Assembly: GCF_006345805.1 (NCBI RefSeq)
Contig: NW_021832714.1
Location: 1-64,000 of the forward strand
DNA from: Octopus sinensis
Taxonomy: Eukaryota
Direction: 5' to 3'
Length of the DNA stretch: 64,000 bases
Part shown: one piece after another, positions 1 through 13,279 of the stretch
Numbering within the stretch: position 1 is the first letter of the stretch
Layout of the letters: each line of letters opens with the position of its first letter
Translations under genes and position numbers: made by a program
The notes under the pieces: generated by a model
Seen by the model: only the letters and a program-made list of their open reading frames with translations
Databases searched by the model: none
What the model was told of the DNA's origin: nothing

Positions 1-74
1 TTGTTTCCATGCTCCTTGACTCAAAATGAATCTTTGTAGTATAGCAACGACTTCCTTGCACTCAAAATAGCATT

Positions 75-365
75 AGTGGAGGCACATGGCCTAGTGGTTA
101 GAGCAGCGGACTTGCGGTCGAGGGATCGCGGGTTCGAATCTCAGATCGGGCGATGTGTGTGTTTATGAGCGAAACACCTAAGCTCCACGCGGCTCCGGCA
201 GAAGGTAATGGCGAACTTCTGCTGACTCTTTCGCCACAACTTTCTCTCACTCTTTTCTCCTGCATCTTGCAGCTCACCTGCGTCCCGTCCAGGTGGGGAA
301 CCTATACGCTAAGGAAACCGGGAAACCGGTCCTAATGAACCAGGCATATTTCGAGAAGGAACAAA
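75..365 (+). mobile_element. tRNA(Arg)-like SINE with 12-bp target-site duplication
   Basis: Pol III A/B boxes (TGGCCTAGTGGTTAG, GGTTCGAATC). Perfect TSD CAAAATAGCATT at 63-74 and 366-377. Related copies at about 13925-14290 (-) and 44526-44895 (+). Confidence 0.85.
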
Positions 366-669
366 CAAAATAGCATTGATCTCATTGTCTATTAGGGTCG
401 CGCAACTTTTACTGAATGCAAGGGTTTGGAGTAGCAATGTCCTACCAAGTGATGAAAGAGCAGAACTCCTTATGTCGATCAACAAATCTGCAGCTGATCA
501 TAATTTCGTTAGAGTTGAACTCCCTAATGGCAGTCCTACCATAATTCTATTGCCTTAGATTGGTGAATCCTATCATTCTAGAATTGGTAGCGTCAACTAT
601 ATTTCTGCAAATAACACCTATTTCATTTTATATTGGGTTAATTGAAAATGCTTTTAGGGATCTCAATAC

Positions 670-1128
670 AGTCATCTGGAAGTCTTCGACAATGACTGCC
701 TCCGGTGCATTCTTCGCTGCCGTCGGGTGGATCGAGTTCCCACCGCCAATCTCCGACTTTGCCTATCCCTGCAGCCCCTCCATCTGTCCTTCTGCAACGG
801 CGCTTGCGGTGGTTTGGCCATGCATGTAGGCGTCCGGTGGGTGAACTGAGCCGTGATGTCCTTCTCCCAACTCCACTTCCCAACTGGCGGAAACGCGCAG
901 GTGGGCAGCTGAAGACCTGGGTTACGACGATCAAGGAGGACCTCTCCGTGCTCACGGGTCCGCAAGTGGTCGGCCTAGGCCAATGGAACCGTGACTGGCT
1001 CGCTATCTCCAGTGAACTGGCGCAGGACCGTCGTGCGTGGGTTGCCATGGTTCGAGATGCCTCGAGGGTGGTAGAAGAAGCCGACTCAACCCGCCCAGGG
1101 TGAATGTCGCCACAAGTACAAGTAAGTA
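670..1128 (+). mobile_element. RTE-clade LINE, 3' fragment
   Basis: LEVFDNDCLRCILRCRRVDRV then LLQRRLRWFGHACRRP...GGQLKTWVTTIKEDL...LAQDRRAWVAMVRD; CAAGTA-type tandem tail at 1113-1128. Confidence 0.85.
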
Positions 1129-1829
1129 TCTTCGTACTCCTTAAGTAAGAGCTGTGGTCGATGTCGGTCGCGGTGCTCTGTGTGATCTTTTAATCGTGCA
1201 GCTCAGCTTTAGTCTTGCCTTTTATTGTGTTGTCAGTATTGGTGGTGCTTTATGGGTCGGTGATATCGTTAAGCAAAAGTGTGTCATTCGTACTTTTAGT
1301 TTAGTCTTATCGGTCTGCATGGAATAAATGAATAGCAGTTCTAAAGAGGGACAAATGCACTTTTAGTTCAATCAGAAAACTACTCTTGTTGATGATTACT
1401 GAATTTCACTGTTAGTGCGAGATTACATTTATCTCATTCCATGTTGTTTTTGTTGTGGAGGATCTCTGTTGATCCTTTTTTCAAACCAAACTTTGTTATC
1501 AGTGGATAAATCGGGCGCACCTTTATTAAGAATGTAAATAAATTTGCCGCTTCGTGCCCTGAAGCATGTCCTTTGTCTTCTCAACAATTTGCTTGGTGAA
1601 GAACTTACCGAATGGTAAGATACATTATAACAGGTGGATAATCACGAGTCCTTCTAGTTTTAATCAGCTTTACGGTATTTGTTCGTATCCAGATCGAATA
1701 ATCCTCAATTGCCGTTGCTTGAATCCGTTGGCTTTAACGATAAAGAGTTCTCTTTCTTATTCTCCATTGCCTCAGTTAAAAGCCAGCTGATGCGTCCAGC
1801 CGATCGTGTGTCGCATCTGCCCCTTGTCT

Positions 1830-2525
1830 TACCTCATTGTCCAGTGCGAAGTAGTCTGCAGTAAATATGGGGCATCCTACATGGGGAGCACCCCCAGAAA
1901 ACTGCACACCTGTATAAAAGAACATATGCGCACAGACACTCCCATAAAGAAACATCTAAGCAAGTGGCAAACCCAGGATTTTGACGTATCCATCAGGGCC
2001 ACCCAACGCAACAGGGGCAATCTCAGAATTATGGAAGCCCTCCTTTTAAGCAAATGGAGACCAGACGTTAACAAAAGAAAGGAACTACATGAAGCAGACT
2101 GATTGCTATAGCAACACCGAGGTTAAACCTCGAATCTGCTACTTTCTTTATAAATTCCTTACTGGGAATGACCAACTTTAAGGGAATCTTACATTGCTTA
2201 TAAACTTTACATCTGGATGGACTCATATTAAACTCTGTTAGACTTTTGGATTTTACTCAAAGGATATTGGAATATTACCCATATATACCATTATGCTTAT
2301 AAAACGGATTTATGAACTCAATAACCATACATATCTTACATCTATTTTCTTTCCTCCACCTCACTCTCTATTTGTATCACATAGAAACTAACTATGACTT
2401 AATTTTTCCTCTCACACCGTCTCCGATGAAGGGATATTATTATTAATTAATATCCTAGAAACAGCTGTAAGACCTTCTATCTATAAATGCTTTAATATCT
2501 ATACAGCCTTGGGTTTTTTTTTATC
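1830..2525 (+). mobile_element. Penelope-like GIY-YIG endonuclease fragment plus 3' terminal region
   Basis: VVCSKYGASYMGSTPRKLHTCIKEH...LRIMEALL...PDVNKRKE in ORF 1806-2102; an HHR motif follows about 320 nt downstream on the same strand. Confidence 0.75.
2419..2473 (+). ncRNA. Minimal type I hammerhead ribozyme variant (core CCGAUGA)
   Basis: GUCU-CCGAUGA-A-[GGGAUAUUA/UAAUAUCCU stem II]-A-GAAA-CAGCUG-UA-AGAC. Stem I GUCU/AGAC; palindromic stem III ACAGCUGU; U4C change. Confidence 0.7.
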
Positions 2526-2550
2526 TCATTACGCAAAAAATTCATATATG

Positions 2551-2608
<58 letters not shown>

Positions 2609-2869
2609 TATACTTATACTTTTTCCAGCGTCCACTGTCGCTGATATTGAAAAAGTGAAATCAAACAATGATAAATATCAATGTGAGGTATATACAGTAG
2701 CGGTAACACAACGTGACGTATTTTGCCATTTCAATATGGCTAACCCTAAGATGGATGCTACTGTAGTTTTAGCCCAGGCGGGGGACACACTCCTCCAGCT
2801 GGCCATAGACACACTTTCTGTGTCCTATATATATATATAATAATATAGTATATATATATCTGATTCTTT

Positions 2870-3535
2870 GGTCTAATCTTCCACTACCCTCCTATTTCTT
2901 TGTCTCGCTCTGCACTCACAGGTCAATCTTCGACACCCATCCCTTCTCCTCTCTGATTCCTTCTTTCTCTCTCTTCTCTCTCTTTGTTGCGTTTGTCCCT
3001 CCTCTCTCTCTCTTCCGTTGCTTCTCTTTCTTTTCTTTTCTCTCTTCTCTGTCACGTGACTGCTGGCCGAAATCTGCCTTTCAGCTTCTGACCAGCGTCG
3101 TGTTAACATCGTTGTTTTTCGTCCGCCGCTATAGGCATCGCCGATAAGGCTCCTTTCCTCGCGCCAGAGAAAAAATTTGTTTGCTTGTTATCAGTCGTAA
3201 GGCACTTGTTGTTTCACCGTTAATGCTTCTGTATTTCATGTTTCTGTATTCCATTATTTTTTTGTTTTTTTATATTCGTCCCTTTTGCTGTCCTGGTGTC
3301 CGTATGCATTCGATCCTTCTTCCAGGAAATCTACGCTCCCAGCTTAGTTTTTCTAATGCTCGTTGCTTAGTTTTTCTTGGAGGGCTGGCCGTGATCTAGT
3401 AATCTCAAGATTAATCAGCCGAAATTACTACGATGATCCGGTTCTTGACTGAAGACTGGGGTTTCGAATGTCCTGTCCGTGTTTATTGTATCGTCTTCTA
3501 AGAGTTATACGTTCTTGTCCATGTTGTATTTTCTA
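2870..3535. repeat. Probable PLE terminal-repeat-like non-autonomous repeat
   Basis: CT-rich leader followed by a GTCACGTGAC-containing segment; composition and motifs resemble the PLE-linked repeats at 26.6-26.9 kb and 57.5-57.8 kb. No HHR could be folded. Confidence 0.3.
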
Positions 3536-3564
3536 CATACCTAAATATATATATATATATATAG

Positions 3565-3632
<68 letters not shown>

Positions 3633-3783
3633 CTGTGAGAGTTAGAGGTTGGGAAGCCAACCAACTAAGGGATAGTACCTATACAATATACTGCTGGAAG
3701 TGCACCCAATTATTCATACCCAAATGCCGGTTATTGCGTGGCAATCTCGAAATTGAGAGTCATATATGGTTTACCCTTAATAT

Positions 3784-4101
3784 ATACGGCAAATAAGAGA
3801 AAATGGAGAGGATACAAAACGATATACATCACCTGGTAGACATTCCATTGTGTCTATTTATTCAAAAGTATTAGAAGTGTACCTACACATGTAATAACTG
3901 TATGTTACATACACATATATCAATTAATATTACGGGAAATATTAATTAATATTAATACATGTGTGTGTAACACACAGTTACTACATGTGTACGTACTCTT
4001 CTAATACTTTCTAATACTTTTGAATAAATAGACACAATGGAATGTCTACCAACTGATGTATGTCGTTTCGTATCCTCTCCATTTTCTCTTATTTGCCGTA
4101 T
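3784..4101. repeat. Fold-back inverted repeat, about 320 bp
   Basis: ATACGGCAAATAAGAGAAAATGGAGAGGATAC...GTGTCTATTTATTCAAAAGTATTAGAAG pairs with the reverse complement ending CTCTTATTTGCCGTAT; a few mismatches and one short duplication. Confidence 0.9.
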
Positions 4102-4117
4102 GAAATATATAAATCTA

Positions 4118-4204
<87 letters not shown>

Positions 4205-4206
4205 GC

Positions 4207-4244
<38 letters not shown>

Positions 4245-4502
4245 TACAAAATTAGAGAATGGAGAAATATACTTAAATCAGTAAAACATCAACTATCCGA
4301 TGATACTCAATCCATATTTAATACACCATTACATATGAGTAAAGGCAATACATAAAATGAAATGAGATATACAGTAATAGTAAAAGAGGATAAAGAGCTA
4401 TAAGTAAAAAATTTTCAAATATGTTGGGTACCTATCTAGCAGTATATTGGATATATATTATCCCATGGTGGGTTGAATTTTCAACCCCTATATCATTTTA
4501 TA

Positions 4503-4542
<40 letters not shown>

Positions 4543-5035
4543 GTATGTATGTATGACATAAGGAGTTCTATTCTTCATCACTTTGTAGGACACTGCTACT
4601 CTGCTACTCCAAACCCTTGCATTCAGTAAAAGGAGGTCGTTATAGGAGACTGAAGTTAATTTTGCTGAATGTCCCGTTTCTAGAGGAAAAAGGCTTTCTA
4701 TTTTTCTGGGAGTGTTTTGCTGTACTTTCTGTTTTGTGTTATTTTTTTGTTTGTTTGTTTGTATTCTGTTTAGCTCACAAATGCCCGACGCGCCCTCTAT
4801 ATTAGATATCACTTGTTGTAAACAACTACTGCAGTCTCAAATTCGTGTTTACATCAGTGCAGTGCCTATTACTACTTATTTGAAAAATGATATTTCCAGA
4901 ATACTATATACATGCTTACATACATACATACATGCTAACATACATATATTTATGTGATATGTGTGTATATATATATATATATGTATATATACTCAATATA
5001 TATATATCTATACATACATATATTATATATATATG

Positions 5036-5106
<71 letters not shown>

Positions 5107-6017
5107 GTATATATAATTAAGATTCGGTTGAATTAGGTGCTTAAACTGCTGCGCCTTGTTACGTTGATCTAATTTGCTCACCCAAACAACATCAAGTGAA
5201 TATGAAACTCTGTGCAGAAGTGTTTGCACTTGATATTCTTGCAGTGTGTGCTGGTAACAGGACCTAACTTAGTGTAAAGATCTGCTCTTGGTTGTTCAAT
5301 ACAAAAGTACTTTCTATGAAATTTCCGAAATGCAGATTCCAGGGTAGGTGAATAAAATATAAATGAGTAACAATAATGTACAGGTGCCAATTCATTACTG
5401 CCGTTTCAAGTGACTCCTTTAATTGATCAATGAAAACATTACATCATTGCAAAGGAACCGTTTTCGTGAGATGATTGCATCGATCTTCAAGCGCAAAGGA
5501 CAAACCAACTGCTTTGATATATTCGCTTGAAACGGCCGTAAGGAATTCACACGTATACATATTTGTTACTCATATATATATATATAATAAGTTGAAAGAG
5601 TGGCTTATTAGCAATAATAGGTAACAAAGTGAGTCTGTCATTAATATAGTGCTTTAGTGGCTTTAGAGTTCATTTAACTCTTATTTTAGCATAAACGGTG
5701 CCAGTCAGCACCCTCCGTCATTTTTATGACCCCTATTAATTTTGCCTTTACGTTCTAATTGCTAATAAGCCACCATTTTAATTTGTTGTTTACACTTTTA
5801 CCGTTTTGAAAATCAGCATATGATTTCAACGGTGTTTCTTCAGACAAAGTTTGAATTTCTTTGCGTAATATATATATATATATATATAACATTTTATATA
5901 TAAAAAATGCAAAATGGGACAAGAACGCAAAACATCCAGAGAGGTGATACAAAAAAGGGACAGCAAAACATCCAGATAGACGATACAAAGAAAACAAGGA
6001 TTGGTCATTCGGAGTTT

Positions 6018-6323
6018 TCTTTCCTCAGTCGAGTTCTAGATTATCTTTGCAATTTCGGCTGGGTATACTCGAGATTGCTCCAATCTGGCCAGCCCTGAGG
6101 AAAAACTAAGCTAAGAGCATTAGATTCCTTTGAACAAAGCAGCGAATGTTTACGAAAACAAGGACGGAAAAAAACAGATTGTTTTAGTATACATTCGCTG
6201 CTTTGTTCGAAGGAATCTAATGCTCTTATCTTAGTTCTTTCCTTGTGGCCGGCCAGATTGGAGCAATCTCGAGTATATCCAGCCGAAATTGCAAAGATAA
6301 TCTGGAACTCGACTGAGGAAAGA
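6018..6323. repeat. Fold-back inverted repeat, about 306 bp, short loop
   Basis: Arms TCTTTCCTCAGTCGAGTTC...GAAAACA and TGTTTT...GAACTCGACTGAGGAAAGA with a loop of about 19 nt; several mismatches; no TSD seen. Confidence 0.9.
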
Positions 6324-6612
6324 TGCAATATTATGTATAATGTATCCCTCTAGTTGTAAATGCATTAAGAACTATTCCTAAATATTTGAATCGATGGAAA
6401 GAGGAAATAGAGATAAAACCTAGTTTAGTGCAGCTCCAGTAAAAAGTATTATTAGGGACACCTAGGATACTTAGGGAAGTTCTTGGCAAATAAGTTTACT
6501 TGTTGTGGCCGCTGTTCGGATTTTTTCCAATACTCAAATCTGTTGTGCGTAAATGAAATAATAGTAATAATGATAATATATACATATACACACATACACT
6601 CACACACACACA

Positions 6613-6680
<68 letters not shown>

Positions 6681-6775
6681 CACATCACTATCGAACCAAG
6701 AGTTTAACTACGGTCTGTCCATAGCACTTAGCGTTACCTGCCACTCTTTGGGTCTTCTAGATACCAATACCTCTC

Positions 6776-6835
<60 letters not shown>

Positions 6836-7444
6836 ACATACACACATATACACACTCGCACGCACGCACGCGCGCACACACACAGCCACACATACAAAAC
6901 TTGCAAAGTAGACCGCCTGTTTTTGAAACAACAACAAAGATAAGCGAAGAGAGAAAGTAAAAGCAGCCACAATAATGAAGCGATGCAAACGATTATTACA
7001 AGATAAGGTGGAGGTGGTGGTGGGGACAAAGAAAAGGTGTCACACAGGTGTATGTATTGAATATGGGGCAACAAAAAAGGGACCAGGGACAAAGGAGCAG
7101 CACGACTGTACTGTCTGTGTGTCTGAAGGTGTTCGCATTGGTATACAAACATTTGTAGTACCTTACGTTGTACACAGCCCCCCCCCCCAATGCTATAGAT
7201 AAACTGATAAACATCATTGTTATAGATAAACACATGTATATATATATGTGTGTGTGTATGTATGTATATATATGTATATATATATATATATATTATATAT
7301 ATAATGTATGTATGTATATATGTCTATGTATATATATATATATATATTATATATATATATATATATAAATGTATGTAGTATATATGTATATATGTATATA
7401 TATATATGATATATATATATACAATGTATGTATGATATATGTAT

Positions 7445-7481
<37 letters not shown>

Positions 7482-7991
7482 GTATGTATGTATATATGTA
7501 TATATGTATATATATATATATATACATATATATACAACAGGAGCGGGTTGTGGATGGAAGAGGAGAGTAACAATAACAGCAACAACGGTGGCATCATCAC
7601 CACTGCCACTGTTGCCTCTGCTGCTGCTGCTGCTACTACTGCTACTACTACTACTACTACTACTAACTACTACTACTACTGTAGCTGCTGCTACTGGTAC
7701 AAATACGAACGATAACAGCAATAACATTAGCATGATACCTATTACAACCACTATTGTGACCACTACCACTACCACTACTTTCACCACAATGACCCTCGCC
7801 ACACTTCCACCACCAATTCCACCAACACTGCCGCCGCCGCCGCAAGTTCCTCTACCGGCAGCACCACCACCACTACCACCATAAGCATCCCATATGTCAT
7901 ATACTTGTAACACTTCAGGAAAGAGTGTCAATGTATTTCTAACGGTGTTGCTGGAGTTGATGATGACGATGACGATGATGATGATGATGAT

Positions 7992-8029
<38 letters not shown>

Positions 8030-8919
8030 TGATGATGATGATGTATAGAGTGTGTAGAGGGATGAGGAGACGACGTGTTGACTGTAGGATATGACGAGCT
8101 CGTTCTTTACTTTCGACTTTGTCCATCTCGACGAGTCCCGCCACTTTGCCCCTAAAAAGGGTCAGGAACAGTTTACTTTACACCATGCCCTAACAACAAA
8201 TGAACTCACCCGTTGTATAATCGTTGCCAAGGGATACGACAACAAGCTTCTTGGATCCAGGGGTTTACATTATTATTCATCAATGGTTTCTAATTATTGA
8301 TGAAACGCTGAAGGAGGAGAGTCAGTGGCCACGATCCTAGCTGTGACTATTGGTTTGGTTTGATTGACACTGCTAATGGTGGCCACAATTTGAAATGATT
8401 AATGCCTACAGTGTGAGGTAGGCATTTTGATGTAGCCAACATTTAAATGATTAATGCCTACATATTGATGTGATGTCACACTTTGATGGGACCATTGACA
8501 GCTAACCTTTGAACAGATCAATGTCTACAACTCGATGTGATTGATACAGTAATTGACCGCAGCCAGAAGAGATCAATGTCTATAGAAGTAAAAACAATGG
8601 TCATCAATGGAAATGCTTGAGAGAGGGAGTTTCGATAAAGAGAAGTTTGAGGAAGGCCAAATATAGGGAAGCCAGATGGAGGGATTTTGAGATAGGCCAA
8701 AGGTTTTGTTGAACCATGGTCAGTTAGATAAATGTGTTTAATGACCAATGTGGGCATCATCAGGACAGGCGTCAGCAGATCAGATATGAGGAGAGAAAGA
8801 ACTGTATGTTAGGCCGGGTATTTGTAATGGACTGTCACTTTCGGATAAACATAACACCATCTTCATATTGATTTCAAATTTTGGTGCAAGATAAGCAATT
8901 TCGGAGGCGGGGGGAGGTG

Positions 8920-9089
8920 GGTAAATCGATTAAATCGACCCCAGTGCTCAACTAGTACTTATTTTATCGACCCAAAAGGATGAAAGGCGAAGTGGAACTC
9001 GGCGGAATTTGAACTCAGAACGTGAAGACGGACAAAATGTCGCTAAGCATTTCGCCCGGCGTACTAACCACTCTGCCAGCTCGCCGTCT
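8920..9089 (-). mobile_element. SINE family A copy
   Basis: Shared core GAGTTCAAATTCCGCCGAGGTCGACTTTGCCTTTCATCC (diverged here). Other copies: 10857-11278(-), 13630-13717(-), 15753-15986(-), 31853-32020(+), 36455-36690(+), 36945-37165(+), 37230-37410(-), 38212-38444(-), 43452-43681(+), 44185-44335(+), 54195-54410(-). Confidence 0.85.
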
Positions 9090-9130
9090 TGCACCATCTT
9101 CATTTTGCATTTACTTCTCTCATACCAGCA

Positions 9131-9160
9131 TAAGTCCAACAAATGCTGAGATGTTCATTA

Positions 9161-9220
<60 letters not shown>

Positions 9221-9229
9221 ATATTATAT

Positions 9230-9297
<68 letters not shown>

Positions 9298-9325
9298 ATG
9301 AACATCTCAGCATTTATTGAACTTA
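9131..9325. repeat. Inverted repeat bracketing a (TA)n array
   Basis: TAAGTCCAACAAATGCTGAGATGTTCATTA (9131-9160) versus TAATGAACATCTCAGCATTTATTGAACTTA (9296-9325); self-complementary (TA)n between. Confidence 0.85.
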
Positions 9326-10084
9326 TATATAATATAATATATTATATATATATAATGTGTGTGAAGGGATGGTATGATTATATTATATATATATATATAT
9401 AAGAAGGGATGGTATTATAAAATATCATCACTCGTGGCAAGCAAGTTATCAGCCTTATAACAAATTAATAAAATATGTATATACAATATAAGATGTATAC
9501 TTATATATAATGTGTGTGTGTGTACGTACGTTTATATATTATAGATATGCATTATATATATTTATATGCCTCTCCGCGCATACGCATATCGCACCAGTAT
9601 CCGCTAAGTTCCCGGCTCTTAGATTCCACTCATTAGGCTTTGGTGCCTAAAGTGCCGTTGGATGGAATCGAACTGGGATCTACGTGGTTCTGAGGCTATC
9701 TTCCTTCCAGGCCTTACTGCTAGAACCATGCAATGTTGCAAATGTTTAACGGGAATAGTATATGAAACTGGCTTTCAATGCAGCCATGAAGGTCAAGACA
9801 TGTTGAAGAGGAGGGAAAACTCGTAAAAATAAACTATTGACATTTTGTCAGATTAGGAAAAGAGATAAGAGAATTAGAGCAAGGACAGACTTAGAATTAC
9901 TTAAGAATGAACGTACGTGGTAGAATAATAACACTTGCAAATAACGGAAGGGTGGGAGGGAGGAGTGAAAGGGACAAGAAGGAAGTAAGGCATATCGTGG
10001 GTTTTTTAGGCTGATATTTAAAACTGAACGAAATTTTTCAATGTTTGAGTAGGAGATTGGATCAAATTTGTTTTTATCATTCAA

Positions 10085-10370
10085 CTAAACATAACACTAA
10101 AGATAGATGTTGATTCTTTAATCGTTGCACTTTATACAAGACTAAAGATGGAAGGTGACTCTTTTATCATTGCAATAAACATAAGAATAAACACAAAAGG
10201 TGATTCTTTTACAATTGCGATAAACATAAGACCAATGACAAAGAATGAACTATTTTTTTCATTGTACTAAGCGAATCTTTTACCGTTGCACCAGATTCAA
10301 GATTAAAGACAGAAGGTGATTCTTTTATCATTGCAATAAACATAAGATTAAAGACAGACGATGATTCATG
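10085..10370 (+). repeat. Degenerate minisatellite, about 44-bp unit, about 6 copies
   Basis: Unit approximately GATTCTTTTATCATTGCAATAAACATAAGATTAAAGACAGAAGGT. Confidence 0.75.
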
Positions 10371-11934
10371 GTATGGTAGTCCGAATGGGTCTTAACAATA
10401 TTGTTGTTTAGCCAAGTGTCGCTTGTGATTCACAAGACTGTGACCAAAGTTGTTCCTGCTATCACTATCTACTTGTTTGTTACTCCTTGTATGATGTGGT
10501 GTGTCTAGAATCACATGATCTAGTATGTTCTTCTTTGTTAAGATGGAAGAGAGAGTGATTTAAGGGAGATTTAGCTGTTATTACTAGCAAGTTTGGTATC
10601 TGCATAGAGGCACCCTCGTTGACTCAAGAACAATATATTTTAAAACAGACAGAAAGAAAGTCTTTTTAATGATTTATTGATCTGGAGGAAGAAGGTGGTG
10701 GTCATTATCTATAGCACGACCATAGAAATTACCGAAATAAAATCCAGAATGTAGTCATTAAAAAGGCAATAAAATGGTCAACGGAATAGAAAAACAGATA
10801 ATATGTATGGTGAGTGCTCCGTCTTTATTGACGTTTGTCACCTTTTTGTACTTACTCGTGCTAACGTTTCTTGTTTCTTTATTGCCCACAGGGGGCTAAA
10901 CATAGAAGGGACAAACAAAGGACACAACAAAAGGATTAAGTCGATTACATCGACGTCAGTGCGTAACTGGTATTTAATTTATCGACCCCGAAAGGATAAA
11001 AGGCAAAGTCGACCTTTGCGGAATTTGAACTCAGAACGTAACGGCAGACGAAATACCTATTTCTGTACTACCCACAAGGGTAGAGAGAGGACAAACAAAC
11101 AAACGGATTAAGTCGATTATATCGACCCCAGTGTGTAACTGGTACTTATTTAAGCGACCACGAAAGGATAAAAAGCAAAGTCGACCTCGGCGGAATTTGA
11201 ACTCAGAACGCAGCGGCGGATGAAATACCACAAAGTATTTCGCCCGGCGTGCTAACGTTTCTGCCAGTTCGCCGCTTTGACACTTGAAGAACATTGAGGA
11301 TATCTGGATGCAGAACTTTTGCGCATTCTAAACGGTGTCAACAGCCAACAACGACGACGACGATGATGCGGGCTCCTGGCATAGGTAAAAGAGCTATGAA
11401 TATTGATGAACAGAGGACAATTGCTCAGATGAACCTTGGTGCTTCATAACCATTCATTTCCATAAACTACCTTAAGAGATTCCAGGGAAAATAACCTCAG
11501 AAAAATAACTACGGCTCTTTCTGTAACTGAATTTCCTTGCCAAAATTTGGACATTATTTCCTAGCCAAAACCTAATTTATTAGCCGAAATTGCGACTATT
11601 GTGACAATTTCCCAGTTACATCTTCAATTGTATTTCCTTTCAGTAAAGGCAAAATTAATGCGAGGTGATGGGTGTGTGTATGATAGGGGTACACATACTT
11701 TTAAACAGCATCAATGTTCTTGATGCGTAACCCAAGTCAGCCTTAGTCAAAAAGGCTTACGAAACAAAGACTTTCCATCCATGACCATCTAGCCTTTTAA
11801 AAAAATCATCCTCTACCTGCGAAAATATTTTCATATCAGTTCTTTTCTGTTGCTTTCAGATGGTTAAGGTTTAATTCTGGGCGATTTGGTTGCTATCAGG
11901 CCTGACCTGGGGCTGAACAACAATGACAACATGG

Positions 11935-12335
11935 GTAAGCATGGCTGTGTGGCTAAGAAGCTCGCTTTGTTGCCACATGGTTTGGTGTTCAGTCCCACTG
12001 CTAGGTATCTTGGGCATGCATTTTCCACTTTAGTCCTGATCCGATCAATGCTTCGCGAGTGAATTTGGTAGCGGGGAAACTGTGCGGAAAACCGCCGTAT
12101 ATACACACGCGTGTGTGTGTGTGTTTATGAAACATCACTTGACAACCAGTATTGGTTTGTTTACTGTCCCCGTAACTTTGTGGTTTGGAATAAGAGTACT
12201 CTAAAATAAGCATCAGATCTAAAATACCCCCCACCCACCCAAAGCAACAATAGCAAAACCCCAAACGTACCGGGTAGATTTGTTCGACTTAAACCCTTTC
12301 GAAGCGGGGTCGCAATCCAATGACTGAAACAAGCA
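11935..12335 (+). mobile_element. SINE family B copy (diverged)
   Basis: GTGTGG..AAG.AGCT.GCT...CCACATGGTT..G.GTTCAGTCCCACTG head and ATGACTGAAACAAG tail. Other copies: 16745-17065(-), 27065-27470(-), 50365-51035(+, interrupted), 53770-53890(-), 55870-55990(+), 62180-62240(-). Confidence 0.8.
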
Positions 12336-12652
12336 AAACTAAAACGTATTTACATATTGAACTCGTAAAGCTTTCTTCCGCCATTTCCGCTCTCTTCTCG
12401 CTCTCTTTCTCTCTTTTTTCTCTCCTTGTTGTCCTGTCTCTCCTTCTCTCTCTCTCATTATTTCTTTCTCTTTTCCTCTCTGGTAGAAAGACCATGATGA
12501 CATTTATTGCCGAAGAGAAATTTGAGCCAAAGTAAACAGCTAACCTTGAGATTGATAACAAACACAACAACCAGCAGCAACACAAGGCCACACATTTCTG
12601 GGTGGGTGCGGTATTAAAAGGGGGCTGTAATCAACAACAGCAGCTACATTAT

Positions 12653-12693
<41 letters not shown>

Positions 12694-13129
12694 GCTACTA
12701 CTACTACTACTGCTATTACTGCTGCTACTACTACTACTACATCCACCAACAAGAATAAACAACACTGAAGTAGTCAGGTTTAGATTGATAAAGCGTGTGG
12801 GGTTTGGGCGGGGGTATAAGTGGTAGATAAGTAGTGTGTGTGTGTGCGTGCGTGTGTGTGTGTGTAAATATGTATGTGTGTGTATGTGTGAATATATGTG
12901 TATGTGTTTGTGTGTATATATGTGTGTTCATGTTCGTGTATATTTGTGTATGTGTGTGTATGTGCGTGCATATGTGTGTGTGTGTTTGTGTGTATGTGTG
13001 TGTGTATGTGTTTGTGTCTAAATGGCTAACGTTTGACATACCAACGAGGTTGATAAACAAGTGGAATAACAATGAGGTCGGGAGATGCATGGATTGGCAC
13101 CGCGTTTGTGCATGAGTATCTGTATACAC

Positions 13130-13174
<45 letters not shown>

Positions 13175-13234
13175 TATTTGAGTGCAAGTACATATGCATG
13201 TGTAGGCAGTGTCTAAGTGCGTGCGCGTATATAT

Positions 13235-13279
<45 letters not shown>

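Larger units (their letters stand above)
1..1800 (-). mobile_element. Degenerate Penelope-like element RT segment, interrupted by a SINE (75-365) and an RTE fragment (670-1128)
   Basis: Hand translation across stops and frameshifts gives ...LKEYED / INPI*NEIGVICRNIVDATNSRMIGFTNLRQ* / CRFV-DIKEF / LLLQTLAFSKSCATLIDNEINAILSARKSLLYYKDSF*VK. This follows the PLE RT pattern LKDHK..F, INP.K.EIG.I, DIKEFYPSI, RKSLLF..W.KK (recalled family motifs). The left boundary is outside the window. Confidence 0.6.

Noticed and set aside
78-152. tRNA-Arg-like gene
   Set aside because: No proper acceptor stem; continues into a SINE body, has a TSD and has paralogues in the window.
400-545. L1/Tx1 reading of VGLPLG...LSSLGRTLLL
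   Set aside because: Flanking frames match PLE RT motifs (EIG.I, DIKEF, RKSLL) in the right order, so the L1-like words are coincidental.
8700-8770. CUGAUGA plus hairpin on the minus strand
   Set aside because: GAAA and the cleavage-site region are missing; at most a remnant.
10085-10370. 44-bp repeat as CRISPR or repeat-protein coding
   Set aside because: Contiguous degenerate units without unique spacers; period not a multiple of three and no ORF.
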